NCBI GenBank assembly: GCA_965221165.1 | Contig: CBDCRP010000002.1 | Coordinates: forward strand, 1,184,001-1,248,000 | Direction of reading: 5' to 3' | Length of the DNA stretch: 64,000 nucleotides | Source: a bacterium | GTDB taxonomy: Bacteria; UBA8248 | Shown here: one piece after another, positions 1 to 11,768 of the stretch | Layout: every line of letters begins with the position of its first letter | Numbering within the stretch: position 1 is the first letter of the stretch | Program-made: the position numbers and the translations under genes | The notes under the pieces: generated by a model | Database searches by the model: none | What the model saw: only the letters and a program-made list of their open reading frames with translations | Told to the model about the DNA's origin: nothing

Positions 1-723
<723 letters not shown>

Positions 724-730
724 GATTCCC

Positions 731-1033
731 CTACCACTTCAAAAGGTTGACTTCGTCCACGTTGACCATCGTGCGGTCGCGGTTCAGGGCGATGAGAATC
801 GCAAGTCCCACGGCCGCCTCGCACGCCGCCACGGTGATGACGAAAATGGCGAACACCTGGCCCGTCATATCCGCCCAGTGGCGCGAGAAGCCCACGAAGG
901 TCACGTTCACGGCGTTGAGCATCAATTCGATGGACAACAAGATGATGATGGCGTTGCGGCGCATCAGCACGCCCGCCGCGCCGATGAGGAACAAAATGGC
1001 GCCCAGAGCGAGAAAATGAGTCATCTGTATCAT
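731..1033 (-). CDS. nuoK: NADH-quinone oxidoreductase subunit K, copy 2
   Basis: 100 aa, 3 [19 protein letters not shown] and [11 protein letters not shown] motifs. Confidence 0.95.
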   Translation of the reverse strand: MIQMTHFLALGAILFLIGAAGVLMRRNAIIILLSIELMLNAVNVTFVGFSRHWADMTGQVFAIFVITVAACEAAVGLAILIALNRDRTMVNVDEVNLLKW

Positions 1034-1052
1034 AACGGGTTCTTTCTCCCCT

Positions 1053-1562
1053 CTATCGGTCTATCGCGCGCTTCGCGAGGACGATGGCGCCGATCATCGC
1101 GGCCAGCAGGAGGATGGAGGCCACCTCGAAGGGGAACAGGAATTTCGTGTACAAGACCGCGCCCAGGGCCTCGACGTTGCCCGGCGTGGCTCCTATGGAC
1201 CACCCCCACTGCCTGGGCGTCGCGAACTCCACCTCCCCCATCACGGCCCATATTTCCAGACCCAGCAAAACGGCCGCCGCGAGCACCATGATTCCCTGGC
1301 GGTGCCACTGCCGCATCCGGACGGCCACTTCCACGTTCATCAGCATGATCGAGAACAGGTACAGCACCATGATGCCGCCCGCGTAGAGCAGAATCTGCAC
1401 GGCGGCCAGAAACTCCGCCCCGGCCAGCACGAAGGTGCCCGAGAGGAAGAAAAACGTCAGCACCAGCAACAAGGCCGCGTGAATCACGTTGGCGCGCGTG
1501 ACCATCAGCAAGGAGGTGATGATCATCCCGCCACCGAACAAATAAAAGAAATATAGCTCCAC
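1053..1562 (-). CDS. nuoJ: NADH-quinone oxidoreductase subunit J, copy 2
   Basis: [22 protein letters not shown] and [16 protein letters not shown] motifs. Confidence 0.95.
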   Translation of the reverse strand: MELYFFYLFGGGMIITSLLMVTRANVIHAALLLVLTFFFLSGTFVLAGAEFLAAVQILLYAGGIMVLYLFSIMLMNVEVAVRMRQWHRQGIMVLAAAVLLGLEIWAVMGEVEFATPRQWGWSIGATPGNVEALGAVLYTKFLFPFEVASILLLAAMIGAIVLAKRAIDR

Positions 1563-1581
1563 CCTGCGTCTCTCCCGCGAT

Positions 1582-2553
1582 TTACAAGAACAGGTACTTC
1601 AGGAATCCGGTCAGGAAAATGTTGATCATCACGAGCGGGAACATGAACTTCCAGCCCACGCGCATCAGCTGATCATAGCGGTAGCGCGGCAGCGTCGCCC
1701 GCAGCCATATGAAAACGAATATCATCGTGGCGAGCTTGAGGACATACCAGACGAATCCGGGAAGCGGAATGAAGTCCGGCCCCCCCCAACCGCCGAAGAA
1801 CAGCGTGACGCCCACCGTCGAGACGACCACGATGTTGGCGTATTCCGCCAGGAAAAAGAAGGCGAACTTCATCCCGCTGTATTCGGTATGAAAGCCCGCC
1901 ACGAGTTCGGTTTCCGCCTCGGGCAGGTCGAAGGGCACGCGGTTCGTCTCCGCAAGCGCCGCGATGAAGAAGACGATGAACGCGATGGGCTGATAGAACA
2001 CGAACCACACGTCGCTCTGGGCGTGCACGATCCCCTGCATATTCAGCGTGCCTGCGAGCATCAGCGGCCCGATGACGGAAAATCCTAAGAAAATCTCGTA
2101 GCTCAGCATCTGCGCCGCGCTCCTGAGCGCGCCCAGAAGCGAGTATTTGCTGTTCGAGGCCCAGCCCGCCATCACGATGCCGAACACGCCGAGCGAGCTG
2201 ATCGCCAGGATGAAGAACAGCCCGATGTTCACCTGCGTGATGTAGAACGTCGCGCTGAAGGGCAGCACCGAGTAGACGACGAAGGCGGGCACCAGCACCA
2301 TGATGGGCGCCAGTACGAACACGACCCGGTCCGCCTTGTCGGGGATGATGTCTTCTTTCAGGAACAGCTTCAGCCCGTCCGCTATCGGCTGGAGAAGTCC
2401 GTGCCAGCCCACGCGCATCGGCCCGAGGCGCATCTGCGCGTGTGCGATCACCTTTCTCTCGGTATACGTCAGATACGCCGCCACGAGCTGAACCACGTTC
2501 AGGACGATGAATATCTTTATCGCGGCGACCGCGACTTCAAGCGCCATGTCCAA
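1582..2553 (-). CDS. nuoH: NADH-quinone oxidoreductase subunit H, copy 2
   Basis: [51 protein letters not shown]. Confidence 0.97.
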   Translation of the reverse strand: MDMALEVAVAAIKIFIVLNVVQLVAAYLTYTERKVIAHAQMRLGPMRVGWHGLLQPIADGLKLFLKEDIIPDKADRVVFVLAPIMVLVPAFVVYSVLPFSATFYITQVNIGLFFILAISSLGVFGIVMAGWASNSKYSLLGALRSAAQMLSYEIFLGFSVIGPLMLAGTLNMQGIVHAQSDVWFVFYQPIAFIVFFIAALAETNRVPFDLPEAETELVAGFHTEYSGMKFAFFFLAEYANIVVVSTVGVTLFFGGWGGPDFIPLPGFVWYVLKLATMIFVFIWLRATLPRYRYDQLMRVGWKFMFPLVMINIFLTGFLKYLFL

Positions 2554-2565
2554 CGAAACGACTCC

Positions 2566-3705
2566 TTACCGATCACACTCGCCCAACACGATGTCGATGC
2601 TTCCGATGATGGCCACCACGTCTGCGACCAACTGCCCGATGCACAGCTTCTTCAGCCCGCCCAGGTTGATGAATGAGGGCGGCCGGATGCGCACGCGATA
2701 GGGCGTCGTCGTCCCATCGCTCACGATGTAAAAACCGAACTCGCCCTTGGGATTTTCGATGCTGTGGTAGATCTCGCCCTCGGGCGGCTTGATGGTGCGC
2801 GGCGTCTTGCAGCTCACCGGCCCGCCGGGAAGCTGCTCCAGGCACTGCTGGATGATGCGCGTGCTCTGGCGCAACTCCTCGATGCGCACCAGATACCGAT
2901 CGTAAATGTCGCCGTTCTCACCGACGGGCACGACGAAATCGAGATAGGGATACGCCGCGTAGGGCTTGGCGCGCCTCAAGTCCCAACGCACGCCGCTGCC
3001 CCGGATGATCGGACCCGTGAGGCCCAGATCCATCGCGTCTTCGGCGGAAATGACGCCCACGTCGCGCGTCCTCTGCAGCCAGATGCGATTGTTGGTGAGC
3101 AGCGTCTCGTAGTCGTCGATGCGGCTCGGGAAGATGTCGATGAACTCCTGCGTGAGGTGCAGGAACTTATCCGGCACGTCCTCGTGCAGACCCCCGAGAC
3201 GGAAGGCGTTCACCGTCAGGCGGCCGCCGAACGCCGTCTCGAAGAGATCGAGCACCATCTCGCGCTCCCTGAAGCACCACAGGAACACCGTCATCGCCCC
3301 GATGTCCAGGGCGTGCGTGGCGAGCCAGAGCAGGTGGCTGGCGATGCGGGATAGTTCCCCCACCATCGAGCGGATGTATTGCGCCCGCATGGGGATCTCC
3401 CAGTCGAAGAATTTCTCCACCGCCGTGACCCAGGCTAGATTGTTCGAGGGAGCGGCGATGTAGTCGAGGCGATCCGTATACGGGATGAACATCGTGTAGG
3501 TGATGTTCTCGCCAATCTTCTCCGTGCCGCGGTGCAGGTAGCCGATGTCGCAGTCGAGATCGTTCACCGTCTCGCCGTCGAGCTTCAGGATGACCCGGAG
3601 CACCCCGTGCGTGCTCGGGTGCTGGGGACCCATGTTGATAACGAGTTCTTCGGTCCCGTGCAGGGTGCTCTGCTCGATGCGAGAGGTATTCGCTACGCCG
3701 ACCAT
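2566..3705 (-). CDS. nuoD: NADH-quinone oxidoreductase subunit D, copy 2 (short form, 379 aa)
   Basis: NMGPQHPSTHGVLR, GYLHRGTEK, IGSIDIVLGECDR. Confidence 0.97.
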   Translation of the reverse strand: MVGVANTSRIEQSTLHGTEELVINMGPQHPSTHGVLRVILKLDGETVNDLDCDIGYLHRGTEKIGENITYTMFIPYTDRLDYIAAPSNNLAWVTAVEKFFDWEIPMRAQYIRSMVGELSRIASHLLWLATHALDIGAMTVFLWCFREREMVLDLFETAFGGRLTVNAFRLGGLHEDVPDKFLHLTQEFIDIFPSRIDDYETLLTNNRIWLQRTRDVGVISAEDAMDLGLTGPIIRGSGVRWDLRRAKPYAAYPYLDFVVPVGENGDIYDRYLVRIEELRQSTRIIQQCLEQLPGGPVSCKTPRTIKPPEGEIYHSIENPKGEFGFYIVSDGTTTPYRVRIRPPSFINLGGLKKLCIGQLVADVVAIIGSIDIVLGECDR

Positions 3706-3733
3706 GCCTTATTCCTTCAAAAGGTACGCTGCC

Positions 3734-4324
3734 CTAATCGCCGATTTCCTTGCGCTTCGGCTTGGTGTAAATCCGCTCTCCCCTACCCTCCAGGGGATAG
3801 TCCTTTCTCATCGGATGGCTGCCCCAGTTGTCGGGCAGGAGTATCCGCCGCAAATCCGGATGGTCATCAAACTCGATGCCGAACAAATCGTACACCTCGC
3901 GCTCCATCCAGTCCGCGCTGCTCCATATCCCCGAAACCGTAGGTACGGACTGACCATCCTTGATCCGCACCTTCAGGCGAAGCCTGCGGTTATGCTCGAT
4001 GCTATAGAGGTGATACAGCACCTCGAGGGGATTTTCGGCCTCTAGGTAGTGCGCCGCGGTCAAGTCGGTGAGGAGCTCGAAATGCGAATCTTCGTGGTCG
4101 CGCAGATGGGTGGCCACGCCGACAAGGGAATCGAGTCCTATCACGAACGTCGCCTCGTCCTCCTCGTCAAGATAGGCGCTTTGCTCCAGAACGGCGCCCG
4201 GAAACTCCGATTCCACCAACGCCTTCAAATCCTCGCCGGGCGCGGTCTTCACCTCTTCGGCGGATTCATCGGAATCCGGCGCGCCATTTGCCTGTTCGCT
4301 GTTTTCCACCACTTCGTCCGGCAT
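3734..4324 (-). CDS. nuoC: NADH-quinone oxidoreductase subunit C, copy 2
   Basis: WMEREVYDLFGIEFDDHPDLRRILLP...HPMRKDYPL. Confidence 0.96.
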   Translation of the reverse strand: MPDEVVENSEQANGAPDSDESAEEVKTAPGEDLKALVESEFPGAVLEQSAYLDEEDEATFVIGLDSLVGVATHLRDHEDSHFELLTDLTAAHYLEAENPLEVLYHLYSIEHNRRLRLKVRIKDGQSVPTVSGIWSSADWMEREVYDLFGIEFDDHPDLRRILLPDNWGSHPMRKDYPLEGRGERIYTKPKRKEIGD

Positions 4325-4352
4325 CTTCTTCCCTTAGTCCGCCGTATGACTT

Positions 4353-4829
4353 TTACCTGCGGATATATTTTTCCTGTTCAATCTTTTTCTGAAGCTGCAT
4401 GACGCCCCACATCAAGGACTCGGGCCTGGGCGGGCAACCCGGAACGTAGACGTCCACCGGGATGATTTCATCCACTCCCTGCATCACCGCATAGTTCGCA
4501 TACGGGCCGCCGCAGGTGGCGCAGTTGCCCATCGCGATCACCCAGCGTGGCTCGGGCATCTGATCGTAGACCTTGCGAATCGCATCCCCCATCTTGTGGG
4601 TGACGGTGCCCGCCACGATGATCACGTCGGACTGCCTCGGCGTGGCCCGGAAGATGACGCCGAAACGATCGAAATCGTAGCGCGCCGCACCTGAGGCCAT
4701 CATCTCGATGGCGCAGCACGCCAGACCGAAGGTCATCGGCCAAAGCGCGCTCTTCCTCGCCCAGGCGACCAGGCTGTCGACTTTCGACGTGATGAAATTG
4801 TCGCTGAATTTACCCTCGACTATGCCCAC
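4353..4829 (-). CDS. nuoB: NADH-quinone oxidoreductase subunit B, copy 2
   Basis: [28 protein letters not shown]; start reassigned to the GTG at 4829 that overlaps the nuoA end. Confidence 0.96.
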   Translation of the reverse strand: MGIVEGKFSDNFITSKVDSLVAWARKSALWPMTFGLACCAIEMMASGAARYDFDRFGVIFRATPRQSDVIIVAGTVTHKMGDAIRKVYDQMPEPRWVIAMGNCATCGGPYANYAVMQGVDEIIPVDVYVPGCPPRPESLMWGVMQLQKKIEQEKYIRR

Positions 4830-5221
4830 TCCAACGCTCCTTTTCTCCAAGCGTAGAAATAACCCACCAGCAAGATGGCGATGAACAGCATCATCTCGAT
4901 GAATCCGAACAACCCGAGGGCGTCGTATCGCACCGCCCATGGGAACAGAAACAAGGCCTCTACGTCAAAAAGCAGGAACAGTATGCCCAGCAGATAAAAA
5001 CGGATGGAGAAGCGCTCATGCGCCTCCATCAGGGGAGGCATGCCGCACTCGTAAGGTGAGTTCTTCTCGGGATCCGGCAAGTTGGGGCGGATAGCCAGCG
5101 CGATAATCAGAACGCTTGCGGCGAATGCGAACGCCATGAGCGTGAACAGGAATATGGGGATATAGGGATTGATGACCTCATAATCCCTGAAAAAAGCGCC
5201 TACAATCTCCATCGCATCCAT
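4820..5221 (-). CDS. nuoA: NADH-quinone oxidoreductase subunit A, copy 2
   Basis: [31 protein letters not shown]; start uncertain (5221 or 5212). Confidence 0.95.
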   Translation of the reverse strand: MDAMEIVGAFFRDYEVINPYIPIFLFTLMAFAFAASVLIIALAIRPNLPDPEKNSPYECGMPPLMEAHERFSIRFYLLGILFLLFDVEALFLFPWAVRYDALGLFGFIEMMLFIAILLVGYFYAWRKGALEWA

Positions 5222-5342
5222 GCGTGGCCCCCACAAAAACAAAAACCGCCAGGGGTGATGAAAAATCCACCGCCCTCATCGCTGCCGCGAGGCGGCCATT
5301 TCCCCCGAAAACCCCTGGAACAAAAGCCTGAAACTGAACGAA

Positions 5343-5366
5343 TCGCCATGATTTATATCATGGTGA
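5343..5366. promoter_or_regulatory. Inverted repeat overlapping an extended -10-like element between the two nuo operons
   Basis: TCG-CCATGAT-TTAT-ATCATGG-TGA; the minus strand reads TGATATAAAT; lies in the ~170 bp nuoN-nuoA2 spacer. Confidence 0.45.
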
Positions 5367-5391
5367 CAAACGAAAAACCAACCCCTGGGGG

Positions 5392-6870
5392 TCAATTAAA
5401 AAAGACCGTGGAGCGATGCGCGAAATCGAGCACCGAGGAGGGAAAAATCCCCAGTTGCAGGGTGCTCGCGACGGCGAGCGTCAGCGCCGCAAGCGCATAG
5501 GACCAACCCGGATGCGGGCCGCGCCTCATGGCTCCGCCTTGTGGCTCGTGCATATACATCACCACGACGAGCCTCAGATAATAATATACGGCCACCACGC
5601 TGTTGAGCACCGCGATGACGGTAAGCCAGACATATCCACCCTTCAGGGCCGCACTGAACACATGGAATTTCGCCACGAAACCCCCGGTGGGCGGCAGGCC
5701 GGAGAGCGACACCATAAATATGGCCATCGCCGCCGCCAGCCCGGGCCGGAAGGAGGCCAGACCCGCGAGATTATCGAGCCTCGTGCCGCCGTCCTCGCGC
5801 ATGTTCGAGATGAGGACGAGCACGCAGAAAGCGCCCATGTTCATGAATACGTAGACGAGCATGTAGTACAGGAATCCGCTCGTGGCCAACTCCGGGCTCG
5901 AGCGCGAGACCACGAGCGCGACCATCAGATAGCCCGCATGAGCGATGCTCGAATAGGCGAGCATCCGCTTCACGCAGGTTTGCCAGATGGCGATGAGGTT
6001 CGCCAGGCTCATCGTGAGAACGGCCATCACCCACAAAACCGAATCGAAACTCCCGGCGGCGTCGCCCGCCGAGAGAAAAACCCGGAAAAACGCGGCGAAA
6101 GCCGCCGCCTTCGGGCCCACGGACATGAACGCCGTCACCGCGGTGGGCGCGCCCTCGTATACGTCCGGCGTCCACATGTAAAACGGCGCGGCGGCCACCT
6201 TGAAGCCCAGGCCCACCACCATGAAGCCCAGACCCATCAGGAAGGCGGGCCCGCGCGAGGCGGGATTCTCGTGAAGCCGCGTGGCTATCTCTATCAGGTC
6301 GACCGAGCCGGTGGCGCCGTAGACGAGCGCCATGCCGTATAGCAGAAAACCCGAGGCGAACGAACCGAGCAGAAAGTATTTCAAAGACGCTTCGTTGCCC
6401 TCGGGACGTGCGCGCAGATATCCCGCCAGAACGTAGAGCGACAAGGAGAAAACCTCGAGACCCACGAAGATCATCAACAGGTTTCGCGTCGCCGCCATGA
6501 GCATCATGCCGGAGGTGGCGAAGAGAATGAGGCCGAAATACTCGCCCGCCGGGGTATCGTCCAACTCCCGCTGCGCCGCGGCGATGAGCACCGAGAAAAT
6601 GCTCGCGAACAAGATGACGACGTAGAGGAACTGCGTGAACCCATCGAAGAGATACATGCCGCCGAACGATGCGGCCAGACCCGGCAGACTCCGCGCGCCG
6701 AGCGTCACGCCCAAGGCGGCGGCCAGCGTCGCCAGCGTGATGATGATGATGACGGAGCGCTCCCCTCGGGCGAGAAAAGCGTCCCACATCAACACCAGCA
6801 CCGCCCCGCTCACCGGCAGAATGACCGGCAGCAGATATCCCCAATGGATCGTAGGATGAACGATATCCAA
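5392..6870 (-). CDS. nuoN: NADH-quinone oxidoreductase subunit N
   Basis: EASLKYFLLGS, FKVAAAPFYMWTPDVYEGAP, KRMLAYSSIAHAGY. Confidence 0.97.
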   Translation of the reverse strand: MDIVHPTIHWGYLLPVILPVSGAVLVLMWDAFLARGERSVIIIITLATLAAALGVTLGARSLPGLAASFGGMYLFDGFTQFLYVVILFASIFSVLIAAAQRELDDTPAGEYFGLILFATSGMMLMAATRNLLMIFVGLEVFSLSLYVLAGYLRARPEGNEASLKYFLLGSFASGFLLYGMALVYGATGSVDLIEIATRLHENPASRGPAFLMGLGFMVVGLGFKVAAAPFYMWTPDVYEGAPTAVTAFMSVGPKAAAFAAFFRVFLSAGDAAGSFDSVLWVMAVLTMSLANLIAIWQTCVKRMLAYSSIAHAGYLMVALVVSRSSPELATSGFLYYMLVYVFMNMGAFCVLVLISNMREDGGTRLDNLAGLASFRPGLAAAMAIFMVSLSGLPPTGGFVAKFHVFSAALKGGYVWLTVIAVLNSVVAVYYYLRLVVVMYMHEPQGGAMRRGPHPGWSYALAALTLAVASTLQLGIFPSSVLDFAHRSTVFFN

Positions 6871-6872
6871 AG

Positions 6873-8429
6873 CTATTTCACCTCGACTCTTTGAACATAT
6901 GCGATCGCGCCCTTTTGTATTTTCCGCTCAGGCGCGCCCTCCACGCGCAGCACCCTCCGGTTCACCTGCGAGAGCCAGGCCTTGGCCGAGGGCTCGATGC
7001 GGTTGAACAATGGCTTGGGATAAAGCCCGATCCAGAACATGAGGGCCACCATGGGCAGCATGACGAGCCACTCGCGCCTGTTCATGTCGGCAAGCCCCAG
7101 GTTCGCCCGCACGCTCACCTCGCCGAACAGGACGCGCTGGAGCATCCAGAGCATGTAGACCGCCGAGAGAACCACGCCGGTGGCCGCGATTACGGCGAAC
7201 CAGGCGTTGCGCTCGAACGCGCCCAGCAGAATCGTGAATTCGCCCACGAACCCGTTCAGTCCCGGAAGGCCGATGCTGCTCAGCGCCGTGATGATGAAAA
7301 ACGTCGAAAACACGGGCATCACCCGAATGAGGCCGCCGAATTCCTCGATAAGCCTCGTATGCCTCCTCGTATAGATGAAACCCACGATCAGGAAGAGCGC
7401 CCCGCTGCTGATGCCGTGGTTCACCATCTGCAAAACGCTTCCCGAGGCGCCCAGAAGGTTGAAGGAGAAAAGCCCCAGCATCACGAAGCCCAAGTGACTC
7501 ACCGAGGAGTAGGCCACGAGTTTCTTCACGTCGGTCTGCACCATGGCCATGAGCGCGCCGTAGATGATCCCCACCAGCGCCAGGCATATGATGAGGAACG
7601 CGAACTCGCGCGCCGCCGTCGGGAACAGCGGCATCGCCAGCCTCATGAATCCGTATGTGCCCATCTTGAGGAGGACGCCGGCGAGGATGACGCTTCCTGC
7701 CGTGGGCGCTTCCACGTGGGCGTCGGGCAGCCAAGTGTGAAACGGGAAAATCGGCACCTTGATGGCGAAGGATATGGCGAACGCGGCGAACAGCCACGGC
7801 TGAAGAGCGGTATCCACCGGTTCGCGGAAATGGGCCAGGATGTCGAACGTGCCGACCCCGCTCGTGAAATACAGCCAGATGATCGCCACGAGCATCAGCA
7901 CGCTTCCGGCCATGGTATAGAGGAAGAACTTCACGGCCGCGTAAATCCGGCGGCCTCCGCCCCAGACCCCGATGATGAGGTACATCGGAATCAGCATTCC
8001 TTCCCAGAAGACGTAGAACAAGAAAAAATCGAGCGCGAAGAACACGCCGAGCATCCCCGTCTCCAGAAACAGCAGGGACATATAGTAAAGCCGCGTCTTT
8101 TTCCGCACGTCCTCGAAGGAGAAGAGAATCGCGATGGGCGTCAAGATGGTGGTCAGCATCACGAGCAACAAGCTGATGCCGTCCACGCCCACTTTGTATG
8201 AAATCCCGAATCTCGGGATCCACTCGGCTTGCTCGACAAACTGCATGCCCGCGAACCCAGGCCTGAAGCCCACGTACATCACCACCGAGAGGGCGAACGT
8301 GGCCAGGGACACCGCCAACGCGAACGCACGAACGCCTCCGCTTCCCTTGCGGGCGCCCTCGCGCGCGAAGAGAAGCAGCAGACTCCCGAGCATGGGCAAA
8401 AACAAAATCGAGGTGATTATTCCAGGCAC
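6873..8429 (-). CDS. nuoM: NADH-quinone oxidoreductase subunit M
   Basis: FYVFWEGMLIPMY, PFHTWLPDAHVEAPT, KKLVAYSSVSHLG. Confidence 0.97.
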   Translation of the reverse strand: MPGIITSILFLPMLGSLLLLFAREGARKGSGGVRAFALAVSLATFALSVVMYVGFRPGFAGMQFVEQAEWIPRFGISYKVGVDGISLLLVMLTTILTPIAILFSFEDVRKKTRLYYMSLLFLETGMLGVFFALDFFLFYVFWEGMLIPMYLIIGVWGGGRRIYAAVKFFLYTMAGSVLMLVAIIWLYFTSGVGTFDILAHFREPVDTALQPWLFAAFAISFAIKVPIFPFHTWLPDAHVEAPTAGSVILAGVLLKMGTYGFMRLAMPLFPTAAREFAFLIICLALVGIIYGALMAMVQTDVKKLVAYSSVSHLGFVMLGLFSFNLLGASGSVLQMVNHGISSGALFLIVGFIYTRRHTRLIEEFGGLIRVMPVFSTFFIITALSSIGLPGLNGFVGEFTILLGAFERNAWFAVIAATGVVLSAVYMLWMLQRVLFGEVSVRANLGLADMNRREWLVMLPMVALMFWIGLYPKPLFNRIEPSAKAWLSQVNRRVLRVEGAPERKIQKGAIAYVQRVEVK

Positions 8430-8465
8430 TCGCCCCTCACGCTCCTCAAAGAATCGAAAAAATCA

Positions 8466-10370
8466 TCAGCGCGCCGTGAGATACAGCAAAATCACCAGCG
8501 CGCCGACCAGCATCGAAACGGCGTAGCTCTTCACATAGCCCGTCTGGAGATGCCTCAGGACGCCGCCCAGGGATCGCACGAAAAAGCCCGCCCCGTTCAC
8601 GGCCGCGTCCACCAGGCCATCCTCGAACACTATCCAGCACCAAATCGACGCCCGCTTCACTGGTTGAACGATCAAAGCGTCGTATATCTCATCCACGTAA
8701 TACTTGTTCACCAAAAGGCGGTGGATACCCGGCCAGAGCTCCACGTAGGCGCTGTCGCCGTCGTTTTTCAAGACATACAAATTGTAGGCCGCGTAAATGC
8801 TGATGAAGGCGATGGCGAGCGAGAACACCATCATCAGAATCTCGAACACCACCTCATGATGCGCCTCCACGTGGCCGCCGAAAACAGGAGCGAGGAAATC
8901 TCCGAAAACGTTCGCTCCCGCGATGAGGGGAATCCCCACCCAGCCGCCAACGATAGAGAGCGCCGCCAGCGCCTGGAGCGGAAGCGTCATGTTGGTGGGA
9001 GACTCATGGACTTTCTGCTGCTCCTCCAGGCTCAGGCTGCAAGCGCCGAAGAATACCCGGAACAAGAGCCTGAACATGTAGAACGCGGTCATCAGCGCGC
9101 CGGCCGCGCCTGCGAGCCACAATAAAACCCCGCCGCGCTCGGCCGTCATGGCCGAGTAGAGGATGGCGTCCTTGCTGAAAAAACCGGCGAAGGGGAATAT
9201 GCCCGCGATCGCCAGCGCGCCGATCAAGAAGGTATTGCTCGTTCTCGGAAGCGCCGCGTGGAGTCCGCCCATCCTGCGGATGTCCTGCTCACCGCCTAAG
9301 GCGTGAATCACGCTTCCCGCGCCCAGGAACAGGAGCGCCTTGAAGAACGCATGGGTCATCAGATGGAAGATCGCCGCGGAGAACGCCCCCACGCCGCATG
9401 CCAGGAACATATAGCCCAGTTGGCTCACCGTGCTGTAGGCGAGCACTTTCTTGATGTCGGTCTGCACCAGGGCGATGGACGCCGCCATCAACAGCGTGAG
9501 CGCTCCGATGACGGCCACCACGAGCATCGCCGTGGATGAGAGTTCGAAGAGCACGTGTGTTCTCGCCACCATATAGACGCCCGCCGTCACCATCGTTGCC
9601 GCGTGTATCAGGGCGCTGACCGGGGTGGGGCCTTCCATCGCGTCGGGCAGCCAGACATAGAGGGGAATCTGCGCGCTCTTGCCCGTCGCGCCCGCGAAGA
9701 GCAACAGGCAGATGATCGTCGCCGCCGCGCTCTCGGGACCGAGCAGTTGAGGGGCCTTCGAGAACACCTCCGAGAAATCCAGCGAGCCGACGACGCTGTA
9801 GATGTAGAAAAGCGCTATCAGGAAGCAGAAATCACCCACCCGGTTCACGATGAAGGCCTTCTTGCCGGCCTCGGCCGCCGCCTTGCGCTCGTACCAGAAG
9901 CCGATGAGCAGGTAGCTGCATAGGCCCACCGCCTCCCAGCCCACGAACATGACCACGAAGTTATCGCCCAGAACGAGCGTGAGCATGGAGAGCGAGAAGA
10001 GGTTCAGATAGATGAAATAGCGCACAACGCCGCGGTCGTCGTGCATGTAGCCCATCGAGTAGAGGTGGATCAGCGCACCTACGCCGGTGACGACCAGCGC
10101 CATGACGGCGGAAACCGGGTCCAGCGAGAAGCCCGCCTTGACCTCGAAGGCGCCCACGGGAATCCACTCGAACAAGACGACGCGGATGAGCCGCCCCTTC
10201 TCGGGCATCGCCAGTAGGCGGAGCCAGCAAACAAGTGACGCCGCGAACGCGAGCGCCATCGCCAGCGTCGCGGTCCAGCCGGCGAATTTCTCCCCGCGCT
10301 TCCAGCCGAAGAGCAGATTCACGAAAACGCCGATGAGGGGGAACGCCAATATGAAAGTCAGACTATCCAT
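8466..10370 (-). CDS. nuoL: NADH-quinone oxidoreductase subunit L
   Basis: GKSAQIPLYVWLPDAMEGPTPVSALIHAATMVTAG, HAFFKALLFL. Confidence 0.97.
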   Translation of the reverse strand: MDSLTFILAFPLIGVFVNLLFGWKRGEKFAGWTATLAMALAFAASLVCWLRLLAMPEKGRLIRVVLFEWIPVGAFEVKAGFSLDPVSAVMALVVTGVGALIHLYSMGYMHDDRGVVRYFIYLNLFSLSMLTLVLGDNFVVMFVGWEAVGLCSYLLIGFWYERKAAAEAGKKAFIVNRVGDFCFLIALFYIYSVVGSLDFSEVFSKAPQLLGPESAAATIICLLLFAGATGKSAQIPLYVWLPDAMEGPTPVSALIHAATMVTAGVYMVARTHVLFELSSTAMLVVAVIGALTLLMAASIALVQTDIKKVLAYSTVSQLGYMFLACGVGAFSAAIFHLMTHAFFKALLFLGAGSVIHALGGEQDIRRMGGLHAALPRTSNTFLIGALAIAGIFPFAGFFSKDAILYSAMTAERGGVLLWLAGAAGALMTAFYMFRLLFRVFFGACSLSLEEQQKVHESPTNMTLPLQALAALSIVGGWVGIPLIAGANVFGDFLAPVFGGHVEAHHEVVFEILMMVFSLAIAFISIYAAYNLYVLKNDGDSAYVELWPGIHRLLVNKYYVDEIYDALIVQPVKRASIWCWIVFEDGLVDAAVNGAGFFVRSLGGVLRHLQTGYVKSYAVSMLVGALVILLYLTAR

Positions 10371-10382
10371 GATTCCTTGCTC

Positions 10383-10685
10383 TTATAGCTTCAGTAGATT
10401 GATTTCGTCCAAGTCGGTGGATTCGCGGTTGCGGTAAATCAGCACCACGATGGCCAGCCCGATTGCGGCCTCCGCCGCGGCCACCGCCATCACGAAAAAC
10501 ACGATCATCTGGCCCGCCATCGAATCCAGGAATCGGCCATAGGCCACGAACGCCAAATTCGCCCCGTTCATCATCAACTCGATGCACAAGATGACGACGA
10601 TGGCGTTTCTGCGCACCACGACGCCCACGACACCCAGGGAGAAGAGAACCGCGCTCAGAATCAGGTAATGCTCGAGCGGCGCCAC
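10383..10685 (-). CDS. nuoK: NADH-quinone oxidoreductase subunit K
   Basis: [25 protein letters not shown]. Confidence 0.96.
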   Translation of the reverse strand: MAPLEHYLILSAVLFSLGVVGVVVRRNAIVVILCIELMMNGANLAFVAYGRFLDSMAGQMIVFFVMAVAAAEAAIGLAIVVLIYRNRESTDLDEINLLKL

Positions 10686-10697
10686 GTCCCATCCCTC

Positions 10698-11216
10698 CTA
10701 GCGGCTTCGCCTGCGCGCCAGCACCACGGCGCCGACGATGCCCACGAACAACAAGACGCCCATGGCCTGAAACGGCAGGACGTAATCCGTCAACAATAGA
10801 TTTCCGATTACCTGCGTGTTGCCCAGTTCGCTCACGCGCTCGGGCGGAAAACTCCCCTTCTTGCCCGTCATGAGGGAGGTGGAGAGGAATATCTTGAGCA
10901 GCACGCTGAAAACGGCGAGCCCCGCGATGGCGCCCAGCATCTTCTGGCCGGGCAGTCGCAACTCTCTTTTCTCCTCCCGGCCCAGGTTGATCAGCATCAC
11001 CACGAACAGGAAGAGCATCATGATCGCGCTGGCGTAGATGATCACCTGAACGATGGCGATGAACTGCGCGTGAAGCGAGAGATACAAACCCGCGAGACCC
11101 AGGAAGGTCAGTATCAGGGCGAGCACGCTGTAGAGCGGGCTGGGAAACGCGACGACGGCTATCGCGCCCACCGTCGTCACCACCGCCAGGAAATAAAAAA
11201 ACAGGGAACTGGCCAC
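10698..11216 (-). CDS. nuoJ: NADH-quinone oxidoreductase subunit J
   Basis: AQFIAIVQVIIYASAIMMLFLFVVML; GTG start at 11216 follows a GGAGGAAGG RBS. Confidence 0.94.
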   Translation of the reverse strand: MASSLFFYFLAVVTTVGAIAVVAFPSPLYSVLALILTFLGLAGLYLSLHAQFIAIVQVIIYASAIMMLFLFVVMLINLGREEKRELRLPGQKMLGAIAGLAVFSVLLKIFLSTSLMTGKKGSFPPERVSELGNTQVIGNLLLTDYVLPFQAMGVLLFVGIVGAVVLARRRSR

Positions 11217-11261
11217 TACCGCCCTTCCTCCAGCGGGCGGGCGCCCGCCTGAAATCAAACC

Positions 11262-11741
11262 CTAGACATACGTGAGCAGGTTTTTCTCGTCATAGCGGGC
11301 ATGAAGCTCCGGATAATCCTCTGTCCGCTCCACGAGTAAATCGCCCTTCTCGTAGAGGAACTTGCCGCGATCGTCCTGGCAGAATTCATACTCGTTGCCC
11401 AGCACGACCGCGCCGACCGGGCAGGCTTCTTCGCAGTATCCGCAAAAAATGCAGCGAAGCTCGTTGATCTCGTAAATGCTGGCGTAGCGCTCGCCCTTGG
11501 AGGTCGGCGCCTCGGGGTCGTTCTCTTCTGATTCCACATAAATGCAATCCACGGGACACGCCGCCGAGCAGAGCTTGCACCCCACGCAGCGCTCCAGACC
11601 GTCCTCCCAGCGCAGCAGCTTGTGGAGGCCTCGGTAGCCCACGGGCATCTCCTCTTTGATTTCGGGGTATTGCACGGTCACGCGGTTTTTGAAGGAATGC
11701 TTGAGCGTCAGCCACAATCCCCTGCAAATCTCGCCTAACAT
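11262..11741 (-). CDS. nuoI: NADH-quinone oxidoreductase subunit I
   Basis: Two CxxCxxCxxxCP 4Fe-4S motifs (CVGCKLCSAACP, CIFCGYCEEACP). Confidence 0.97.
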   Translation of the reverse strand: MLGEICRGLWLTLKHSFKNRVTVQYPEIKEEMPVGYRGLHKLLRWEDGLERCVGCKLCSAACPVDCIYVESEENDPEAPTSKGERYASIYEINELRCIFCGYCEEACPVGAVVLGNEYEFCQDDRGKFLYEKGDLLVERTEDYPELHARYDEKNLLTYV

Positions 11742-11768
11742 GAAACCTCCCCCCTTTCGAGCGGCCCG

